From NCBI GenBank assembly GCA_051654725.1, contig JBOFYP010000073.1, positions 4,199 to 68,198 on the forward strand: DNA of 64,000 bases, read 5' to 3'. Both the position numbers and the translations under genes were made by a program. Positions 18,841-28,034 of the stretch are shown piece by piece. The DNA comes from Cetobacterium sp. (GTDB lineage: Bacteria > Fusobacteriota > Fusobacteriia > Fusobacteriales > Fusobacteriaceae). Position 1 is the stretch's first letter. The number at the start of each line of letters is the position of its first letter. The notes below the pieces were generated by a model. It was given only the letters and a program-made list of their open reading frames with translations. It did no database searches and was not told where the DNA came from.

Positions 18841-19986
18841 ATGGGATTTTTTGGTAAACTTTTCGGAAGAAAAAAAGAGGAAAAAGTTGAAGAGAAAATA
18901 GAAAAAGAAATTTTAAATGAAGAAGTAGAAAGTGTTCAAGAAACGTTAACAGAAGAGAAACCCTTTAACGAGCAGGAAAATATAGGCGATTTAACTCAAG
19001 AGATAATTTCAACTCCAGAAGCAATAAATGAAGTTGAAGAAGTTATCTATCCAGATAAACCAAAGGTTGAAAAAAGAAGTTTCTTTATATCTTTAAAAGA
19101 AAAACTATTTAAATCGAGAGAGGGTCTTTTTGGAACTCTTAAAAATATATTTACTGGAAAATCTATAGTAGATGGAGAGATGTATGAAGAGTTAGAAGAT
19201 ACTTTAGTACAATCAGACATTGGAATAGAGATGACTTTAAAAATTGTAAAAGATTTAAAAGTAGAAGTTAAAGCTAGGGGAGTTAAAAAACCAGAAGATG
19301 TTTATCCAGTATTAAAAGATGTATTAGAGAGTTATTTAATAACAGAAAATACTTCACTAGATATTCAACCAGGAAGAATGAATGTTATATTAGTGGTAGG
19401 AGTTAATGGAGTTGGAAAAACAACAACTATAGGAAAGATAGCTTCTTCATTAGTTAAAGATGGTAAAAAAGTTGTAATTGGAGCAGCAGATACATTTAGA
19501 GCTGCTGCAGTTGAGCAGTTAGAAGAGTGGGCTAAAAGAGCAGGTGCAGAAATTGTAAAACATCCAGATGGAGCAGATCCAGGAGCGGTTGTTTTTGATA
19601 CACTTAAAGCTGGTGAGGATAAAAATGCAGATGTTGTAATAATAGACACTGCAGGGAGACTACATAACAAAAATAACTTGATGAAAGAGTTAGAGAAAAT
19701 AAATAATATAATAAAGAAAAAAATTGGAGATCAACCTTATGAATCTATTTTAGTTTTGGATGGGACAACAGGACAAAATGGATTGGTACAAGCAAGAGTG
19801 TTTAATGAAGTCACAGAATTAACAGGATTTGTTGTAACTAAATTAGATGGAACAGCAAAAGGTGGAATACTATTTAGTATCTCTGAGGAATTAAAGAAAC
19901 CTATAAAATACATAGGTGTTGGAGAGGGTATAGAGGATTTAAGACAATTTAATAGTAAAGAGTACATAGAAGCTATTTTTGACTAA
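18841..19986 (+). CDS. ftsY: SRP receptor FtsY
   Basis: MGFFGKLFG amphipathic start, acidic A-domain, GVNGVGKTT, DTFRAAA, DTAGR, TKLDGTAKGG. Confidence 0.98.
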   Translation: MGFFGKLFGRKKEEKVEEKIEKEILNEEVESVQETLTEEKPFNEQENIGDLTQEIISTPEAINEVEEVIYPDKPKVEKRSFFISLKEKLFKSREGLFGTLKNIFTGKSIVDGEMYEELEDTLVQSDIGIEMTLKIVKDLKVEVKARGVKKPEDVYPVLKDVLESYLITENTSLDIQPGRMNVILVVGVNGVGKTTTIGKIASSLVKDGKKVVIGAADTFRAAAVEQLEEWAKRAGAEIVKHPDGADPGAVVFDTLKAGEDKNADVVIIDTAGRLHNKNNLMKELEKINNIIKKKIGDQPYESILVLDGTTGQNGLVQARVFNEVTELTGFVVTKLDGTAKGGILFSISEELKKPIKYIGVGEGIEDLRQFNSKEYIEAIFD

Positions 19987-20012
19987 TATATTAAAAAAAA
20001 ATAGAATTTCTG

Positions 20013-20041
20013 TTGTAAATATATTTAAAATTTGTTAATAT
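20013..20041 (+). promoter_or_regulatory. Promoter of pta-ackA
   Basis: TTGTAA-17 nt-TAATAT with a TGn extension. Confidence 0.5.
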
Positions 20042-20119
20042 ATAGTTGAAAAATACGAGCACTATTACAGTGTGATTAAAAAAGTATAGTTTATTTAAGG
20101 AAAATATAGGAGGACTTAA

Positions 20120-21118
20120 GTGAGTATTATAGTTCAGATTAAAGAGAAAGCAAAAGTATTAGGAAACAAAATAGTTCTTCCTGAAGCAACTGATGAGAGA
20201 GTAATCAGAGCAGCAGCAGGAATAGTTGAAGAGAAAATAGGAACACCTGTATTAGTAGGAAACCTAGAAACAATAAAAGCATTCGCTGCTGATTTAGCAG
20301 TATCATTAGAAGGTGTTGAAATAGTAGATCCAAAAACTACTGAAAAATTATCTTCTTATGTAGAAAAGCTTTGTGAATTAAGAGCTAAAAAAGGAATGAC
20401 ACCAGAAGAAGCAGAGAGATTATTAACAACAGATGTTAACTTCTTTGGTGCTATGATGGTTAAAATGGGAGATGTAGCTGGAATGGTTTCAGGATCAGAT
20501 TCACCTACAGCAAATGTATTAAGAGCAGGATTACAAGTTGTTGGAACTAAACCAGGAGTGAAAACTGTATCTTCAGTATTCATGATGGAATTAAAGCATA
20601 ACGTAGAAACTTACGGAGAAATCTTAATATTTGGAGATTGTGCTGTAATACCAGAGCCAACTTCAGAGCAATTAGCTGATATCGCATCAGAAGCAGCTCA
20701 AACTGCAGCTTCAGTAGCTGGAATAGAGCCAAAAGTTGCACTTATGACATTCTCTACAAAAGGATCAGCAAAGCATGATTCAGTAGATGTAGTTAAGAAA
20801 GCTGGAGAAATATTAAGAGAAAGAAATGCAGAATTTGCATTTGAAGAGGAGTTACAGGCAGATGCAGCTTTAGTTGCTGCTGTAGGATTAAAGAAAGCTC
20901 CAGAATCAAAAGTTGCAGGTAATGCAAATGTATTAATATTCCCTAACTTAGCAGCAGGAAATATTGGATATAAATTAGTACAAAGATTAGCTAATGCAGA
21001 AGCTTATGGTCCTTTAATTCAAGGATTAGCAGCACCAATAAATGACCTTTCAAGAGGATGTTCAGTTAAAGACATCGTTGATTTAACTGCAATAACTTCA
21101 GTTCAAGCTGGAAAGTAA
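20120..21118 (+). CDS. pta: Phosphate acetyltransferase
   Basis: IVLPE, FSTKGSA, LQADAA, FPNL.AGNIGYK, NDLSRGCS. GTG start after AGGAGG. Confidence 0.97.
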   Translation: MSIIVQIKEKAKVLGNKIVLPEATDERVIRAAAGIVEEKIGTPVLVGNLETIKAFAADLAVSLEGVEIVDPKTTEKLSSYVEKLCELRAKKGMTPEEAERLLTTDVNFFGAMMVKMGDVAGMVSGSDSPTANVLRAGLQVVGTKPGVKTVSSVFMMELKHNVETYGEILIFGDCAVIPEPTSEQLADIASEAAQTAASVAGIEPKVALMTFSTKGSAKHDSVDVVKKAGEILRERNAEFAFEEELQADAALVAAVGLKKAPESKVAGNANVLIFPNLAAGNIGYKLVQRLANAEAYGPLIQGLAAPINDLSRGCSVKDIVDLTAITSVQAGK

Positions 21119-21139
21119 TAAAAATATAAAGTCAATAAA

Positions 21140-21164
21140 TCGGTAAGAATTATATTCTTACCGA
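21140..21164. other. Perfect 11-bp intergenic hairpin between pta and ackA
   Basis: tcggtaagaat-tat-attcttaccga with no U tract on the + strand. Confidence 0.7.
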
Positions 21165-21203
21165 ATAAAAATAAAAAATAAAAAAATTAAGGTGGTAAAT
21201 TTA

Positions 21204-22409
21204 ATGAAAGTTTTAGTTATTAACTGTGGTAGTTCATCTCTAAAGTACCAATTATTAAATCCTGAATCAGGAGAACTTTTCGCAATAGGACTTTGTGAAA
21301 GAATAGGAATCGAAGGAGCAAAAATGGAGTATGAAACTCCAGCAAATGACTTCGAAATCGAAATCAAAGAGGCTATGCCTACTCATAAAGAAGCATTAGA
21401 ATTAGTTATAAAAGCAATTACACATCCAGAATATGGAGTAATTAAATCAGTAGAAGAAGTAGACGCTATAGGTCATAGAGTTGTACACGGTGGAGAGAAG
21501 TTTGCTCAATCTGTATTAGTAACTCCAGAAGTTATGATAGCTATGGAAGAATGTTCTGAGTTAGCACCATTACATAACCCAGCAAACTTATTAGGAATAA
21601 GAACTATGCAAGAATTAATGGTTGGAAAGCCAAATGTGGCTGTATTTGATACATCATTCCACCAAACAATTCCAAAAGAAGCATTTATGTATGCTTTACC
21701 ATACGAAGATTATACTGAATTAAAAGTTAGAAAATATGGATTCCACGGAACATCTCATAAGTTTGTTTCTGGAGTAGCAATAGATTTATTAGGAAATCCT
21801 GCTGAATCAAAAATAATCATCTGTCATTTAGGAAACGGTGGATCAGTATCTGCAGTTAAAAATGGTGTATGTGTTGATACAACAATGGGATTAACTCCAT
21901 TACAAGGAATTATGATGGGAACTAGATGTGGAGATATCGATCCAGCAGCAGTTTTATTCATAAAAAACAAAAGAGGATTATCTGATAAAGAAATGGATGA
22001 CAGAATGAACAAGCAATCTGGAATCTTAGGAATCTTTGGAGAATCTTCAGACTGTAGAGATATGGAAATGGCAGCAGCAGCAGGAAACGAAAGAGCTTTA
22101 TTAGCAGAAGAAATGTTTGCTTATAAAATAAGAGGATATGTAGGTAACTACGCTGCACAAATGGGTGGAGTAGACGCAATCTGTTTCACTGGTGGAATTG
22201 GAGAAAACTCTGGAAAAACTAGAGAAGATGTTTTAAGAGGTTTAGATTTCTTAGGTCTTGACTTAGATAAAGCAGTTAACTCTAAGAGACAAAAAGGAAA
22301 TGTACTTTTAACTACAGAAACTTCTAAAGTAAAAGCATTCAAAATACCAACAAACGAAGAGTTAGTAATTGCTAGAGATACTTACGAGATTGTAAACTCT
22401 ACAAAATAA
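21204..22409 (+). CDS. ackA: Acetate kinase
   Basis: VLVINCGSSSLKY, GHRVVHGG, APLHNP, YGFHGTSH, FTGGIGEN, PTNEE. ATG 21204 follows AAGGTGG. Confidence 0.98.
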   Translation: MKVLVINCGSSSLKYQLLNPESGELFAIGLCERIGIEGAKMEYETPANDFEIEIKEAMPTHKEALELVIKAITHPEYGVIKSVEEVDAIGHRVVHGGEKFAQSVLVTPEVMIAMEECSELAPLHNPANLLGIRTMQELMVGKPNVAVFDTSFHQTIPKEAFMYALPYEDYTELKVRKYGFHGTSHKFVSGVAIDLLGNPAESKIIICHLGNGGSVSAVKNGVCVDTTMGLTPLQGIMMGTRCGDIDPAAVLFIKNKRGLSDKEMDDRMNKQSGILGIFGESSDCRDMEMAAAAGNERALLAEEMFAYKIRGYVGNYAAQMGGVDAICFTGGIGENSGKTREDVLRGLDFLGLDLDKAVNSKRQKGNVLLTTETSKVKAFKIPTNEELVIARDTYEIVNSTK

Positions 22410-22489
22410 ATTATAAAAGAACAAAATGGTCAGGTTAAAATTATATTTGGTTGAATTAGTTTAAATTTTCTTAAAAAACAGAAGTTTAA

Positions 22490-22537
22490 TTGACAATTGA
22501 GTCAGAAATGTGTAAAATAGGTTTGACTCAACAGTCG
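22490..22537 (+). promoter_or_regulatory. PFOR promoter with two TGAC-N6-GTC(A/G) palindromes
   Basis: TTGACA (22490)-17 nt-TAAAAT (22513). TGACAATTGAGTCA at 22491-22504 and TGACTCAACAGTCG at 22524-22537. Confidence 0.7.
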
Positions 22538-22562
22538 ATTACAATAAGGGAGGACAATTCAA

Positions 22563-25500
22563 ATGACTAAAAAAATGCAAACTATGGATGGAAACCAAGC
22601 GGCAGCATATGCAGCTTACGCTTTTACAGAAGTAGCAGGAATCTATCCAATAACTCCATCATCGCCAATGGCTGAATACACTGACGAATGGGCATCAAGA
22701 GGAATGAAAAATATGTTTGGAGTTCCAGTTAAAGTTGTGGAAATGCAATCAGAAGCAGGAGCAGCAGGAACAGTTCATGGATCGTTACAAGCAGGAGCTT
22801 TAACGACAACATATACAGCATCACAAGGATTATTACTAAAAGTTCCTAACATGTATAAAATAGCTGGAGAGTTATTACCTTCAGTAATTCATGTTGCAGC
22901 AAGAGCATTAGCAGCACAAGCGTTATCTATCTTTGGAGATCATCAAGACGTTTATGCAGCTAGACAAACAGGATTTGCAATGTTATTTGAAAGTTCAGTA
23001 CAAGAAGTTATGGATTTAACAGGAGTTGCTCATTTAGCAGCTATAAAATCTAGAGTTCCTTTCATGAATATATTTGATGGATTCAGAACTTCACATGAAA
23101 TTCAAAAAGTTGAAGTAATGGATTTTGATGTTTTAAAAGGTTTAGTTGATATGGATGCTATTAAAGCTTTCAGAGAAAGAGCTTTAAACCCAGAGCACCC
23201 AGTAACTAAAGGAACAGCTCAAAATGATGATATTTACTTCCAAACAAGAGAAGTACAAAATAAATTCTATGATGCAGTACCAGCTATAGTAGCTAATTAC
23301 ATGGAAGAAATCTCTAAAGTAACAGGAAGAGATTATAAGCCATTTAATTACTACGGAGCACCAGATGCAGAACATATTGTTATAGCAATGGGTTCAGTAT
23401 GTGAAACTTTAATTGAAACTGTTGATTACTTAGTAGCAAAAGGAGAAAAAGTAGGTCTTATAAATGTACATCTTTACAGACCATTCTCATCTGAGTATTT
23501 CTTCAATGTATTCCCTAAAACAGTTAAGAAAATTGCAGTATTAGATAGAACAAAAGAGCCTGGATCTGTAGGAGAGCCATTATATATTGATATAAGAGGA
23601 TTATTCTATGGAATGGAAAATGCTCCTGTAATCGTAGGTGGAAGATATGGATTATCTTCAAAAGATACTACACCAGCACAAATGAAATCAGTATTTGATA
23701 ACCTAAAAGAAGCAGAACCAAAAAATGGATTTGTTGTAGGTATTAATGATGACGTAACTTATAAATCTTTAGAGGTTGGTCCACATATTGAAACTGCTGC
23801 AGAAGGAGTAAGAGAATGTTTATTCTTTGGACTTGGAGCAGATGGAACAGTTGGAGCTAACAAAAACTCTATTAAAATAATTGGAGATAAAACAGATTTA
23901 TATGCACAAGGTTACTTTGCATACGATTCTAAAAAATCTGGTGGATCTACTAGATCACACTTAAGATTTGGTAAAAATCCAATAAAATCAACTTACTTAG
24001 TATCAGCACCTAACTTCGTAGCATGTTCAGTGCCTTCATACTTAAGTCAATATGAAATGATAACTGGTTTAAAAAATGGTGGAACATTCTTATTAAATTG
24101 TGTTTGGGATAAAGAGGAAGTTTTAGCTCACTTACCTAACTCATATAAGAAAGCTTTAGCAGAAAAAAATGCAAAGTTCTACATAGTAAATGCAAATAAA
24201 CTTGCAGCAGAAATTGGATTAGGAGGAAGAACTAATACAATAATGCAATCAGCATTCTTTAAATTAGCAGATGTAATTCCTTTCGAAGAAGCTCAAACTT
24301 ATATGAAGCAGTATGCTGAAAAATCATACTCTAAAAAAGGTGACCTTATCGTTAAGATGAACTACGAAGCTGTAGATAAAGGAGCTGGAGAGTTAGTTGA
24401 AGTTAACGTTGACCCTGCATGGGCTAACTTAACAACTGAAGTTGCTGGAGAGAAGCAAGCTTGTGATTGCACAGGATGTGGATGTACTAGTACTAAGTTA
24501 GAATCATTTGTAGAAAAAATTGCAAAACCAATAAACGCTTTAAAAGGTGAAGAGTTACCAGTTTCAACATTCTTAGGTTATGAGGATGGAACATTTGAAA
24601 ACGGTACAACTGCATTTGAAAAAAGAGGTGTAGCAGTAAACGTTCCAGAATGGAAGCCAGAAAATTGTATCCAATGTAACCAATGTTCATATGTTTGTCC
24701 ACATGCAGTTATAAGACCATTCTTAATGACAGCTGAGGAAAAAGCAGGAGCACCAAACGAGTTAAAAACAAAAACTCCAGTAGGAAAAGGTTTAGAAGGT
24801 TTAGAGTATAAAATTCAAGTATCAACTTTAGATTGTACAGGATGTGGATTATGTGCAAACGTATGTCCAGCTAAAGAAAAAGCTTTAGTAATGGTACCAA
24901 TCGGTCAAGAGATTGAAAAGGGAGAAGCAGAAAATGCAGAATACCTATTCAATAAAGTAACATACAAAGATGAATTTATGTCTAAAGCAACTGTAAAAGG
25001 ATCTCAATTTGCACAACCATTATTCGAATTCCATGGAGCTTGTGGTGGATGTGGAGAAACTCCTTACATCAAAGCTATAACTCAATTATTTGGAGATAGA
25101 ATGATGATAGCTAATGCTACAGGATGTTCTTCAATTTATGGTGGATCAGCACCGTCAACTCCTTACACAACTAATAGCTGTGGAGAAGGACCTTCTTGGG
25201 CTAACTCATTATTTGAGGATAATGCAGAGTTTGGTTACGGAATGGCAGTAGCTGTAGAAGCTATGAGAGATAGACTTCAAACAATCATGGAAGAGAACAT
25301 GAAAAATGTATCTGAAGAGATTGCAGGACTATTTGCTGAATGGATTCAAAATAGAGCAGATGGAAATAAAACAAAAGAAGTTAGAAATAAATTAGTACCT
25401 ATGTTAGAAGCATGTAACTGTGAAGTTGCTACTGAAATCTTAGATTTAAAGCAATATATTGTTAAAAAATCACAATGGATATTTGGTGGAGACGGATGGG

Positions 25501-26138
25501 CTTATGACATCGGTTATGGTGGATTAGATCATGTTTTAGCTTCTTCAGATGATGTAAATGTTTTAGTAATGGATACAGAGATTTACTCTAACACTGGAGG
25601 ACAAGCTTCTAAATCTACTCAAACAGGAGCAGTAGCTAAATTTGCTGCAGCAGGAAAAGCTAATAAAAAGAAAGACTTAGCAGCAATTGCAATGTCTTAT
25701 GGACATATCTATGTTGCACAAGTATCTATGGGTGCAAACCAAGCTCAATACTTAAAAGCTATCGCTGAAGCTGAAGCTTATGCTGGACCATCATTAATTA
25801 TTGCTTATGCACCTTGTATAAGTCATGGATTAAAAAATGGAATGGGTAACAGTCAACTTGAGATGAAAAAAGCAACTGAGTGTGGATACTGGCCAATATT
25901 CAGATATAACCCAATGCTAGAAGCAGAAGGTAAAAACCCACTTCAAATAGATTCAAAAGAACCTAACTGGGATATTTATAATGACTACTTAATGGGAGAA
26001 GTTAGATATGCTACATTAGCTAAATCTAAACCAGAACATGCAGAAGTGTTATTTACTAAAAATAAAGCAGAGGCTCAAAGAAGATGGAGACAATATCAAA
26101 GACTTGCATCATTAGACTTCACATCAGAAGCTAAGTAA
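22563..26138 (+). CDS. nifJ: Pyruvate:ferredoxin (flavodoxin) oxidoreductase, homodimeric type
   Basis: YPITPSS, EMQSEAGAAG, two ferredoxin motifs (CIQCNQC..CP and CTGCGLC..CP), GACGGCGE, GGDGWAYDIG TPP motif. Confidence 0.98.
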   Translation: MTKKMQTMDGNQAAAYAAYAFTEVAGIYPITPSSPMAEYTDEWASRGMKNMFGVPVKVVEMQSEAGAAGTVHGSLQAGALTTTYTASQGLLLKVPNMYKIAGELLPSVIHVAARALAAQALSIFGDHQDVYAARQTGFAMLFESSVQEVMDLTGVAHLAAIKSRVPFMNIFDGFRTSHEIQKVEVMDFDVLKGLVDMDAIKAFRERALNPEHPVTKGTAQNDDIYFQTREVQNKFYDAVPAIVANYMEEISKVTGRDYKPFNYYGAPDAEHIVIAMGSVCETLIETVDYLVAKGEKVGLINVHLYRPFSSEYFFNVFPKTVKKIAVLDRTKEPGSVGEPLYIDIRGLFYGMENAPVIVGGRYGLSSKDTTPAQMKSVFDNLKEAEPKNGFVVGINDDVTYKSLEVGPHIETAAEGVRECLFFGLGADGTVGANKNSIKIIGDKTDLYAQGYFAYDSKKSGGSTRSHLRFGKNPIKSTYLVSAPNFVACSVPSYLSQYEMITGLKNGGTFLLNCVWDKEEVLAHLPNSYKKALAEKNAKFYIVNANKLAAEIGLGGRTNTIMQSAFFKLADVIPFEEAQTYMKQYAEKSYSKKGDLIVKMNYEAVDKGAGELVEVNVDPAWANLTTEVAGEKQACDCTGCGCTSTKLESFVEKIAKPINALKGEELPVSTFLGYEDGTFENGTTAFEKRGVAVNVPEWKPENCIQCNQCSYVCPHAVIRPFLMTAEEKAGAPNELKTKTPVGKGLEGLEYKIQVSTLDCTGCGLCANVCPAKEKALVMVPIGQEIEKGEAENAEYLFNKVTYKDEFMSKATVKGSQFAQPLFEFHGACGGCGETPYIKAITQLFGDRMMIANATGCSSIYGGSAPSTPYTTNSCGEGPSWANSLFEDNAEFGYGMAVAVEAMRDRLQTIMEENMKNVSEEIAGLFAEWIQNRADGNKTKEVRNKLVPMLEACNCEVATEILDLKQYIVKKSQWIFGGDGWAYDIGYGGLDHVLASSDDVNVLVMDTEIYSNTGGQASKSTQTGAVAKFAAAGKANKKKDLAAIAMSYGHIYVAQVSMGANQAQYLKAIAEAEAYAGPSLIIAYAPCISHGLKNGMGNSQLEMKKATECGYWPIFRYNPMLEAEGKNPLQIDSKEPNWDIYNDYLMGEVRYATLAKSKPEHAEVLFTKNKAEAQRRWRQYQRLASLDFTSEAK

Positions 26139-26151
26139 TTCTTTGAACTAT

Positions 26152-26184
26152 AGAGATAAGGTAGAAATACCTTATCTCTTTTTT
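26152..26184 (+). terminator. Intrinsic terminator of PFOR
   Basis: agagataaggta-gaaa-taccttatctct followed by a T run. Confidence 0.92.
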
Positions 26185-26198
26185 ATTGTAAAACTTTT

Positions 26199-26227
26199 TT
26201 GTAAATTAACATATTATTTGATATAAT
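26199..26227 (+). promoter_or_regulatory. Promoter of the LPS core/recA cluster
   Basis: TTGTAA-17 nt-TATAAT with a TGn extension. Confidence 0.65.
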
Positions 26228-26261
26228 TAAAAAAGAGAAAAACTAAAAAAAGAGGTGGAAA

Positions 26262-27050
26262 ATGAAGATATCTGTTGCAATGATAACATTTAATGAAGAA
26301 AAAATTTTAAGAAAAACATTAAATTCAGTTAAAAATTTAGTAGATGAAATAGTTATTGTAGATAGTGGTTCAACAGATTCTACAAAAGAGATTGCAGAAG
26401 AGTTTGGAGCCAAATTTTATAGTGAAACTTGGAGAGGTTATGGTCCCCAAAGAAATTCAGCAATTCAAAAATGTAGTGGAGATTGGATTTTAAATATAGA
26501 TGCAGACGAAGAGATTTCAGAAGAGTTATTTCAAAAAATAAATGATATTGTAAAAGGTTCAGTATCATCAAAAGAGGTTTTTAAGATAAATAGATTATCA
26601 GTTTGTTTTGGAAAAAAGTTAAAACATGGTGGTTGGGGTAAATCATATGCAATTAGACTTTTTAAAAAAGATGCTGGAAAATTTAATGATAATAATGTTC
26701 ATGAAGAGTTCGTAACTAATAAAGAAATTTTTAAAATAAAAGAAAATATATTCCATCATTCATATTTAACAATGGATGACTATTTTGCAAGATTTAATAG
26801 ATATACAACAGAAGGAGCAAAAGATTATTATAAAAAAGGTAAGCAAGTTAGTATATTTGACATATTTATAAATCCAGTATATAAATTTTTAAGAATGTAT
26901 ATATTTAGATTAGGATTTTTAGATGGAGTTGAAGGATTTGTAATCTCTTCTACAAGCTCACTATACTCTATGATAAAATATTTTAAATTAAGGGAGATGT
27001 ATAAAAATGGCTCATACATACAAAAAAATAATAATAGCAAGAACGGATAA
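26262..27050 (+). CDS. GT2 glycosyltransferase (WaaE/KdtX-like LPS core)
   Basis: ITFNEE, VDSGSTD, QRN, IDADE, VHE, RLGFLDG..G. Confidence 0.88.
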   Translation: MKISVAMITFNEEKILRKTLNSVKNLVDEIVIVDSGSTDSTKEIAEEFGAKFYSETWRGYGPQRNSAIQKCSGDWILNIDADEEISEELFQKINDIVKGSVSSKEVFKINRLSVCFGKKLKHGGWGKSYAIRLFKKDAGKFNDNNVHEEFVTNKEIFKIKENIFHHSYLTMDDYFARFNRYTTEGAKDYYKKGKQVSIFDIFINPVYKFLRMYIFRLGFLDGVEGFVISSTSSLYSMIKYFKLREMYKNGSYIQKNNNSKNG

Positions 27051-28032
27051 AATAGGAGATTTAATACTATCAATTCCAAGCTTTTTTATGGTTAGAAAAA
27101 TGTATCCAGATGCAGAGATAACCCTCTTGGTTAGAGATTATAATTATAATATTGTAAAAAATCTTCCTTATATAAATAGAGTTGTTCAAATAGACAGGTA
27201 CAGACAGAAAGAGTTACTAGAAAAGATAGAGTATTTTAATGCAGATGTTTTTATAGCTCTATATGTTGATGATTTTGTTATGCAACTTGCAAAAGCAAGT
27301 AGAGCTAAAGTAAAGATAGGTCCACTTTCAAAATTAAAATCATTTTTTACATTTAATAAAGGAGTTTTACAAAAAAGGTCAAAATCAGTTAAACATGAAG
27401 CTGAATACAATTTAGATTTGATAAAAAAATTAAATAAAAAACTTTTTGAAGAAAAATTTGAAATAAATACAGGAATATTTTTAGATAGCAGTAATATAGA
27501 ATCAGCAAGTAAATTTTTCAAGGATAATAATATAGGACAAAAAGTATTGGTTGTTAATCCATTTATGGGTGGTTCAGCAAAAAATATAAAGGATGAAGAG
27601 TATGCCCAGCTTTTAAGTAAAGTTATGGATAGAGTAAATGATTTAGATATAGTTATAACTGCTCATATTTCAGATGAAGAAAGAGGTTTAAATTTAATTC
27701 AAAAAATAGGAAAAGAAAGAGTTTACCTATTTGCAAATGGAGGAGAGCTTTTAAATATAGGTGCAGTTATAAATAAATCGAAAGTTTATTTTGGGGGTTC
27801 TACTGGGCCAACTCATATAGCTGGTTCTTTGCAAAAAAGTATAGTAGCATTATATCCTAAAAAACCAACTCAAAGTCCAACTAGATGGGGAGTTTTTGGA
27901 AATGATAATGTAACATATATAGTTCCAGATGCAAATGCTAAAGAAAACTATAAGCATAAGAATTTTGATTCTTATACAGAAGAGATTGAAAATAAAATAA
28001 TTCAAGAAATAATAGATAGACTGGAGAGATAA
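27007..28032 (+). CDS. GT9 glycosyltransferase (LPS heptosyltransferase family)
   Basis: RTDKIGDLILS.P, HEAEYN, STGPTHIAG. Confidence 0.88.
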   Translation: MAHTYKKIIIARTDKIGDLILSIPSFFMVRKMYPDAEITLLVRDYNYNIVKNLPYINRVVQIDRYRQKELLEKIEYFNADVFIALYVDDFVMQLAKASRAKVKIGPLSKLKSFFTFNKGVLQKRSKSVKHEAEYNLDLIKKLNKKLFEEKFEINTGIFLDSSNIESASKFFKDNNIGQKVLVVNPFMGGSAKNIKDEEYAQLLSKVMDRVNDLDIVITAHISDEERGLNLIQKIGKERVYLFANGGELLNIGAVINKSKVYFGGSTGPTHIAGSLQKSIVALYPKKPTQSPTRWGVFGNDNVTYIVPDANAKENYKHKNFDSYTEEIENKIIQEIIDRLER

Positions 28033-28034
28033 TA

